A DNA stretch of 64,000 nucleotides, taken from contig CAVRRT010000088.1 of NCBI GenBank assembly GCA_963723305.1, positions 19,514-83,513 of the forward strand, written 5' to 3'. Positions 58,215-64,000 of the stretch are shown here, in pieces. Source of the stretch: an uncultured Pseudomonadota bacterium. Its GTDB lineage: Bacteria > Myxococcota_A > Polyangia > Fen-1088. Under the pieces are notes generated by a model, which was given only the letters and a program-made list of their open reading frames with translations, was not told where the DNA came from and did no database searches. A program made the translations under genes and the position numbers. Numbering within the stretch: the first letter of the stretch is position 1; each line of letters begins with the position of its first letter.

Positions 58215-59774
58215 TTAATTATTTGCTAACGCGCGTTGAAGCGTTTCGAAGGCCACAGGTTTGAGAAGGTAAGTTTCGAATCCCACCTCATCGCCCATCC
58301 GACGGTGATCACCGTGCCCGTAACCGGTGAGCGCGATGAGCCGCACTTGGGGGGCCCCCGCTTTGAGCCGCCGCGCCACCTCGAAGCCGTTCATTCCCGG
58401 CAGTCCGATGTCGATGATGGCCACGTCCGGGCGAGAGAGCGACGCCGCTTCCAGTCCCGCGGGTCCATCCGCCGCCTGGTAGACCTCGTGCCCGGCGAGC
58501 TCCAACAACCGCGCCAAGGCCTCGCGCGCATCGAGGTTGTCGTCGACGATCAGAATACGCCGCCGCGGAGACACCCCGCCACGGGGGTCACGGGTGGCCA
58601 GCGTCGCCGCCAGCGGCAGCCGGACGATGAACTCCGTCCCGCTGTTGAGCCCGGCGCTGCGCACGTCGATGCGTCCGCCATGCGCTTCCACCAGGCTCCG
58701 CACGATCGCCAGTCCCAGCCCGAGGCCTCCGTCCCGGCGACCAACCCCGCGCTCGCTGTGCACGAACAGATCGAAGACCCGGGGGAGCAGCTCCGGCTCG
58801 ATCCCGACGCCGGTGTCCTTCACGCGCAGAATGGCGTCTCCCCCCTCGGGCTCCACTTCGATGATGATTCTCCCCCCCGCCGGCGTGTACTTGATGGCGT
58901 TCATCAGGAGATTCGAGACAATCTGCTCCAGCCGCGGACCGTCGCCGCTCACGTGGGTCCCCGCGCACCGCAACTCGTGGCGATGGTGATCGAAGAGGCG
59001 GCGGTCGACGAAGTCGTGGACGCAGCGATGGACGAGAGCGACCAGATCGACGTTCGTCCGCTCGATTGTCATCTTCCCGGCCGAGAGCCGCGAGACGTCC
59101 AGCAGATCGTCGACGATGTGCGCCAGTTGATCGGTCTGACGCCGGATCGCGGCGCCGGCCTGGGAGAGAACGGGGTCGTCGCTCACGAGGTGATTGATCA
59201 AGGTGGACGCGTTCATGATGACGGACAGCGGATTGCGCAGCTCGTGCGACACCATGGCCAGGAATTCGTCCTTGCGCCGGCTGGCCTCGAGGATGCCCTC
59301 CTCCGCCCGCTTCCGTTTGGTGATGTCCATGCAGACGCCGACCATCCGAAACGCCTTGCCCTGGTCGTCCGAAGCCACCCTCCCCTTGCCGAGGATCCAT
59401 CGCCAGTCCCCGGCGGCGTCTTCCGAGCGGAACTCAACCTCGTAGTCGGCGCGCCCCTCGATGCAACCGCGGAGGGCGCTCATCACGCGTTCACGGTCCT
59501 CCGGGTGGATGAGAGCCTGATAGGCCTCGAACGTCCGCCCAAAGGTGCCCGGCGCGAGCCCGTGAATCCGCTCCAGGTTCTCCGACCAGCGGACAGCGCC
59601 GCTCCCAATCTCCCACTCCCAGCCACCCAGGTCACCCGCCTCCAGCGCAAATCGCAACCCGCCCTCGCTCAGGCCGAGCGTCACGCCGTGCGGTCCGCTC
59701 TCGTGCGTCTGCTCTGCGGGGTCAGGGGGTGGCTCCCTCTCGACACGCTGGTCGGGTGGAGTCCCGCGTCTCAT
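58215..59774 (-). CDS. Hybrid histidine kinase PAS-HisKA-HATPase-REC
   Basis: IHPEDRERV; FLAMVSHELRNPL; NLLMNAIKYT; DTGVGI; GLGLGL; ILIVDDN..IIDIGLPGMNG..LLKP. Confidence 0.95.
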   Translation of the reverse strand: MRRGTPPDQRVEREPPPDPAEQTHESGPHGVTLGLSEGGLRFALEAGDLGGWEWEIGSGAVRWSENLERIHGLAPGTFGRTFEAYQALIHPEDRERVMSALRGCIEGRADYEVEFRSEDAAGDWRWILGKGRVASDDQGKAFRMVGVCMDITKRKRAEEGILEASRRKDEFLAMVSHELRNPLSVIMNASTLINHLVSDDPVLSQAGAAIRRQTDQLAHIVDDLLDVSRLSAGKMTIERTNVDLVALVHRCVHDFVDRRLFDHHRHELRCAGTHVSGDGPRLEQIVSNLLMNAIKYTPAGGRIIIEVEPEGGDAILRVKDTGVGIEPELLPRVFDLFVHSERGVGRRDGGLGLGLAIVRSLVEAHGGRIDVRSAGLNSGTEFIVRLPLAATLATRDPRGGVSPRRRILIVDDNLDAREALARLLELAGHEVYQAADGPAGLEAASLSRPDVAIIDIGLPGMNGFEVARRLKAGAPQVRLIALTGYGHGDHRRMGDEVGFETYLLKPVAFETLQRALANN

Positions 59775-60035
59775 GGGAGCGAAGTTACAGCGCGTCGCTG
59801 TACCTCAAAAGTTTATTTCGGAAATTTCCCGCGCCGCGCCGAGTGACCGATTGGCCGGTCGAGCGTCATGACGTCCTGTGGCGAGGCCCCTGGCACGCGG
59901 GCCCACCTGGGCTGTCTCCGGGGCGAGCGGGAATTCAGCACAAGAGACAGTCATCCCGAAAACAGTCGGTCGTTTTATAGAAGATTTTCGTCTCCCATGT
60001 GGAACCTCAGTGGAAATGGAGGGCGCGTGGCCGCA

Positions 60036-60233
60036 TCAACCCGGCGGGGCGGACCGACGGCGGACAATCATCACGGCGCCGACGAGGAGCAAGGTGCTCC
60101 ATCCCGCGCCCGCGCTCTCACGCGAGCCGCTGCTGCAGGCGCACCCGCCACCACCGGTGGCGCGCACGCCGCCCCCCGCGGAGCCGCCACCGCCGATGTC
60201 GCTCGTGCACCTGGCGGGCGGCGCGACGATCAC
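60036..60233 (-). other. Orphan MYXO-CTERM-like C-terminal fragment
   Basis: GGGGSAGGG..GGGGCAC..WSTLLLVGAVMIVRRR with no signal peptide or body upstream. Confidence 0.5.
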
Positions 60234-60245
60234 CCTCCAGCGCGT

Positions 60246-60473
60246 CTACCGCGGGCGACCCGGGCGAGCGAAATCCAGCAGCCGCTGCAGCACGCCCGCC
60301 TTCGCGCCTGTCTTCACTCCGATCTTCGGGTTTGCCGCGCCGGGCTGGTGATCGGAGGCGCGGCACTGACAGCGCTCTGCCGCCGGCACGTCCCCCAGCA
60401 CGCTCTCGACGTGGCGACCACACCCCGCGAACGAAGGCTTTCCACAGACGTTGCAGGTGATCCGCTGGCACAT
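60246..60473 (-). CDS. Small Cys/His-rich putative metal-binding protein
   Basis: MCQRITCNVCGKPSFAGCGRHVESVLGDVPAAERCQC: six Cys plus His, a pattern I recall from small conserved hypothetical proteins. Confidence 0.8.
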   Translation of the reverse strand: MCQRITCNVCGKPSFAGCGRHVESVLGDVPAAERCQCRASDHQPGAANPKIGVKTGAKAGVLQRLLDFARPGRPR

Positions 60474-60575
60474 GTCTCAAGCGTATTTGGTTTTCGGATC
60501 TTTGCCAGAAGGGAGCACCAGACGTTTTGCGCCGATGACTGAGTGGCGCCCGACGGGTTAAGCTGTCGCCCGCTC

Positions 60576-61094
60576 ATGTCAGCGAGGCTCAAGAAGGTCT
60601 TCAAGTGGGGCGTCGTCGCCGGGCTGGTCGGGTTCGGCCTGCTCCAGATCGCGCCCGTGAAGCTGTTCGGCATTCCCACCCAGGACATCGGGACGAATCC
60701 GCCCGAGCGCTTCGCGTTCGATGGGCCGCCGGAGGTCGAGGCTGTCATGCGCCGCGCCTGCTTCGACTGCCACACCAACGAGACGCGCTGGCCGCTCTAC
60801 GCGCGGATCGCGCCCGGCTCCTGGCTGATGGCGCGCGACGTCCACAAGGGGCGCAACCACGTCAACTTTTCCAAGTGGGGCGACGCCGACGAGGACGAGC
60901 GCCAGACCGATCGTGAGAATGCCTGGGAACAGATCGAATCGGGCGCCATGCCCCCTTGGTTCTACATCCTGCCGATGCACCCCGACGCGAAGCTCTCGCC
61001 GGCTGACAAGGAGCTGCTCAAGAGTTACTTGCTCGCGAAGTCGACGAAGCCTTCGACGGAGACGTCGACGAAGCCTTCGACCGAGACGAAGTAA
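60576..61094 (+). CDS. Haem-binding domain protein (mono-haem cytochrome c)
   Basis: N-terminal TM/signal; CFDCH; WPLYARIAPGSW..GRNHVNFSKW; MPP..Y..MHP. Confidence 0.9.
   Translation: MSARLKKVFKWGVVAGLVGFGLLQIAPVKLFGIPTQDIGTNPPERFAFDGPPEVEAVMRRACFDCHTNETRWPLYARIAPGSWLMARDVHKGRNHVNFSKWGDADEDERQTDRENAWEQIESGAMPPWFYILPMHPDAKLSPADKELLKSYLLAKSTKPSTETSTKPSTETK
61040..61087 (+). repeat. 24-bp tandem duplication at the gene 3' end (STKPSTET x2)
   Basis: GTCGACGAAGCCTTCGAC(G/C)GAGAC twice. Confidence 0.9.
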
Positions 61095-61143
61095 TCCCGC
61101 CCGCGGCGCCCGTCGACTGAATCTCCGCCGCGGCCACGCGCCG

Positions 61144-62832
61144 TCACGGTTTCCCGACGAAGGTGGTGACGGTCGAGGCCGCCAGCGTCGGCGTGAAGCG
61201 TCCGGCGGTGACGGCGACCGCGGTCTTGGACGCCAGATTGTCACTGGCGGACGTCACCCACGGCGTCATCGAGCACGGAGCTCCACCGGAAAGGAAGATG
61301 GGGACCGAGACGTCGGAAGAACCGCTGTTGATCGCCACGACCACCACGGTGCCGTCGGTGGGGCTGGTGTACGCCGTCACCATGAGCGCCGAAGGGATCG
61401 TCCCCGACACGGCGACCCGCTGGTACCCGGGCCGGATGAACTTGCTGTAGTTGCCGAGCGTGTACATCCGCTTGGTCGTCCCACCGCCCATCAACAGCAG
61501 ACCCTCGTTGTCGGCGTTCAGCGACGTGATCCACCAGGCGTGCCAGGACCGCGCGTAGCCGACCGTGATGGCGTCGTGAATCCAGCCCGCCACGACGAGG
61601 CCGTTGCTGATGTCCGAGCTCGGTCCCGCATTGGGGTACCCCATCACGCCCGACATCTCCGTCATCCAGATCGGCTTGGTGACGCCCGCCGGAGGAGCCA
61701 CCGCCACCTCCGTTTCGTACATATGGGTCGCCAGAATGTCGACCGCGGCGGCGGCCGTCGCATCGGCCAGGATGGCGTCGCCGTAGTCGTAGTCGGTGCC
61801 CCACAGGTGGTCCCAGCGGGTCGACTCGGGGGAGAGCAGCTTGACCGGCGGGCTCAACGCCTTGAGCTTGGGTCCGAGCACCTTGATGAACGACACCATC
61901 TGGGCCGCGGTGTAGACGCAGGATTCGTAGGGCGTGGTGTTGTCGGACTCGTTCTGCGCCGAAATCCCCATCACCGTCACGCCGCTCGCCTTGGCCATGG
62001 CGGGAAACGCGGCCAGGGTGCTGGCCCACGAGTCGTAGCAGTTGTTGCTGGTGTTCAAGCTTCCGCCGTTGTCCACGCTGCCGTTCGACTTGCAGTTGGC
62101 CGGGGGCGTCCAGGGCGCGGCCCAGACGATGGCGCCGCGGGCGGCCGCCTTCACCGCGTCTCCGATCGGACCCAGGCTCGTACCGTCGGATTGGATGCCG
62201 AGGCGAAAAATGGAAAGACCGATCCCCTTGTTCGGATCGAAGAACTGATCGGCCTGCGCATCCGTGAGCGCGGTGCTTTGATACGCGTTCGAGACACCGA
62301 AGCCATCCATCGGCTGCTCGTTCTGTCCGAGGTTCACGACCATGTCGCTGGAGGTGGCTGTTCCTGCCCCGCACGCGGTCACCGCTCCGCCGGTGCCACC
62401 CGAGATGCCGGCTGCGCCCCCCGTGCCTGCTCCGCCGCTGCCGTTCCCGCCGCCGCCACCATGGCCTCCGGCTCCGCCGCTCCCTCCGCCGACGCCGCCA
62501 CTCCCCGCCTGTCCGCCCAGATTGGAGCCTCCGCCCCCCTGCCCGCCGCTGCTACCGCCGGTGGCTCCGGCGCCTCCCGTGTTGCCGTTCCCGGCGTCGC
62601 CGCCGGATCCGCCCGTCGCCTTCGAGCCCCCTGTGCCTGAGGCACCCCCGGTGGCGCTCCCACCGCTACCGCTCCCACCGCTGCCGCCGCTCCCCGAGCC
62701 GCTTGCGCCACCGGTGGCCGTGGCGCCGCCCGTTCCGGAAGTGGTTCCACCCCCGCTCGAGCCGCAACCGGCCGCCAGGAGCGCCAACGAAACTCCCCCC
62801 ATGGTGACGACGGCTCTGCGTGCGAAAGTCAT
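61144..62832 (-). CDS. GH30 glycoside hydrolase (XynC-like glucuronoxylanase), lipoprotein with long Gly-rich linker
   Basis: Lipobox LAAGC; QPMDGFG, GIGLSIFRL, WAAPWTPP, AQNE (acid/base), IWMTE (nucleophile), KRMYTLGNYSKFIRPG. Confidence 0.9.
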   Translation of the reverse strand: MTFARRAVVTMGGVSLALLAAGCGSSGGGTTSGTGGATATGGASGSGSGGSGGSGSGGSATGGASGTGGSKATGGSGGDAGNGNTGGAGATGGSSGGQGGGGSNLGGQAGSGGVGGGSGGAGGHGGGGGNGSGGAGTGGAAGISGGTGGAVTACGAGTATSSDMVVNLGQNEQPMDGFGVSNAYQSTALTDAQADQFFDPNKGIGLSIFRLGIQSDGTSLGPIGDAVKAAARGAIVWAAPWTPPANCKSNGSVDNGGSLNTSNNCYDSWASTLAAFPAMAKASGVTVMGISAQNESDNTTPYESCVYTAAQMVSFIKVLGPKLKALSPPVKLLSPESTRWDHLWGTDYDYGDAILADATAAAAVDILATHMYETEVAVAPPAGVTKPIWMTEMSGVMGYPNAGPSSDISNGLVVAGWIHDAITVGYARSWHAWWITSLNADNEGLLLMGGGTTKRMYTLGNYSKFIRPGYQRVAVSGTIPSALMVTAYTSPTDGTVVVVAINSGSSDVSVPIFLSGGAPCSMTPWVTSASDNLASKTAVAVTAGRFTPTLAASTVTTFVGKP

Positions 62833-62882
62833 TGGCTCACAGTTCCCGGGAACGGGAAAAGTGATCATCCCTACACGTAAAG

Positions 62883-63104
62883 GTGCCCTCGGCGCTGCCC
62901 GGTGTCCTCGCCTACGGCGCTACGCGCGACGAGGACCTCGCCGACGTCAAGGCGCTCGCCCTCGGCGCTCTGGGTCTCACCATGTTCTCCGGCACCCGGA
63001 GCGCGGCGAGTACATCTTCGCGTTCCACGATGGCGACGAAAACGGCCCGATCGTGGTGTCACGAAGGTCGCGAAAAGGACCGCACTGCCCGCGGGGACCT
63101 GCAG
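62883..63104 (+). pseudogene. Collapsed hicB-hicA type II toxin-antitoxin remnant
   Basis: ALPGVLAYGATRDE..VKALAL (HicB N-terminus-like) joined directly to SGSHHVLRHPERGEYIFAFHDGDENGP, then frameshifted KVAKRT (HicA C-terminus-like); no intact ORF. Confidence 0.7.
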
Positions 63105-63515
63105 CGACTTCTCTCTCATAGGCTGGCCTTGAAAGGGTCATCCACGGCCAACGGCCACGTCGCCAGGCCGCAGCGAGGAGTTCCTCGCCGATGAGCTCGC
63201 CGCGTTCGCCAGAACCTCTCGACTGAGTCGGGGCACCTTCCGTGGGCCAACGGTCCGGACGACATCCTGCACCGACAGCCAAGGTCGGTCCTTGGGCCGG
63301 TGTCTTGAAGGCGCTGAAGTTTAGCCGCATCGCCGGTAGCCGGGCCCGAGGCGTGGCGAATGCCGCCTCGTCGTTCTCGCAACGGCCCTGCCAGACAAGC
63401 CGACTCATTTGGCTGACAGTCGACGCGCACGCCGAGCTCATATTTCCAACCCGACCACGCCTGACATCCACTCGGCGGGTGCGGCATAGCCAAACGTGCT
63501 CCCTCGGCAAACCGA

Positions 63516-63570
63516 GTAACCTACCAGTCATTTTAACGCTCATTTGACTCCTTGGTAACCTGGTCGACAT
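63516..63570 (+). promoter_or_regulatory. Two copies of GTAAC-N6-GWCAT upstream of urtA (candidate nitrogen-regulator sites)
   Basis: GTAACCTACCAGTCAT at 63516-63531 and GTAACCTGGTCGACAT at 63555-63570, in an AT-richer region. Confidence 0.35.
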
Positions 63571-63671
63571 ACGCGCCTTGCTACAACGTTAATTGGCAGC
63601 ACCACACAATCACCAAATCAACGAGCCGCCCGACAACACCAACAAAACGTAATTAGCAAGGAGACCCACTC

Positions 63672-64000
63672 ATGCAGTTTGCTCCCAAACAGAGCCACAA
63701 TCGCCAACGCGCACGGTTGCCGCCGCGATCACCTCTTCCCTTGTTCTTGGCGACGCTCCTCACATCCCTCGCTGCATACGAGGCGCCGGCCAAGGCCGAG
63801 CTCCCGACCTCCGCCGTCGACACCACCGGCTTGGCGGTGACTGACAGCGAAGTCACCGTCGGCCAGTTGCATAGCGCCACGGGCACTATGGCGATCAGCG
63901 AGACGGGATCGATCCAGGCCGAGCGGCTGGCGATCGAGCAGATCAACGCCTCGGGCGGAATTCTCGGTCGCAAGATCAAGATCATCCAGGAAGATGGTGC
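63672..64000 (+). CDS. urtA: Urea/short-chain amide ABC transporter substrate-binding protein, runs off the right edge
   Basis: AAGGAG RBS; signal peptide; TGLAVTDSEVTVGQLHSATGTMAISETGSIQAERLAIEQINASGGILGRKIKIIQEDG. Confidence 0.88.
   Translation, partial: MQFAPKQSHNRQRARLPPRSPLPLFLATLLTSLAAYEAPAKAELPTSAVDTTGLAVTDSEVTVGQLHSATGTMAISETGSIQAERLAIEQINASGGILGRKIKIIQEDG

Noticed and set aside
58265-58290. TTCGAATCCC resembling a tRNA T-arm
   Set aside because: It lies inside the hybrid kinase receiver coding region, and no cloverleaf can be built around it.
60246-60473. Small Cys-rich ORF as a RiPP precursor
   Set aside because: No leader/core organisation and no modifying enzymes or exporters nearby; the CxxC/CxxH/CxC spacing fits metal binding.
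63120-63671. Guanidine (ykkC-type) or other riboswitch upstream of urtA
   Set aside because: I could not find the conserved ykkC sequence elements or a terminator-like expression platform; an Rfam scan would settle it.

Overview
Very GC-rich (roughly 70% by eye) chromosomal window, almost certainly from a myxobacterium (Myxococcota, Polyangia-like). Support: MYXO-CTERM-type C-termini, several Ser/Thr kinases with PEGA/TPR tails, an FHA-GGDEF protein and a giant TPR protein. Many genes, including essential ones (hpt, alaS, glnD, gshB-like), are split by single-base indels; I read these as assembly or long-read errors, not pseudogenes. The left half is mostly core genes (hpt, alaS, RluA family, guaBA, glnD, gshB-like, pcnB, queC) mixed with signalling genes. 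The right half is accessory: surface proteins, a coupled secreted protein/Cys-rich lipoprotein/receptor kinase module, a ~1,600-aa SIR2-like + TPR protein with substituted catalytic residues, and a 9-kb candidate glycolipid operon (PimA-like GT4, two GT-C-type membrane proteins, MMPL, small ORF, CDP-alcohol phosphotransferase, LPG-synthase-TM protein). It ends with two PAS histidine kinases, a haem-binding protein, a GH30 lipoprotein, a decayed hicBA remnant and the start of urtA. I recognised no rRNA, tRNA, CRISPR array or intact mobile element. Best leads: the glycolipid operon, the pseudo-SIR2/TPR fusion, a monocistronic basic protein with a histone-H1-like tail, and a C-terminal motif shared by two unrelated membrane proteins. 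All family calls come from motif recognition by eye, with no database search.
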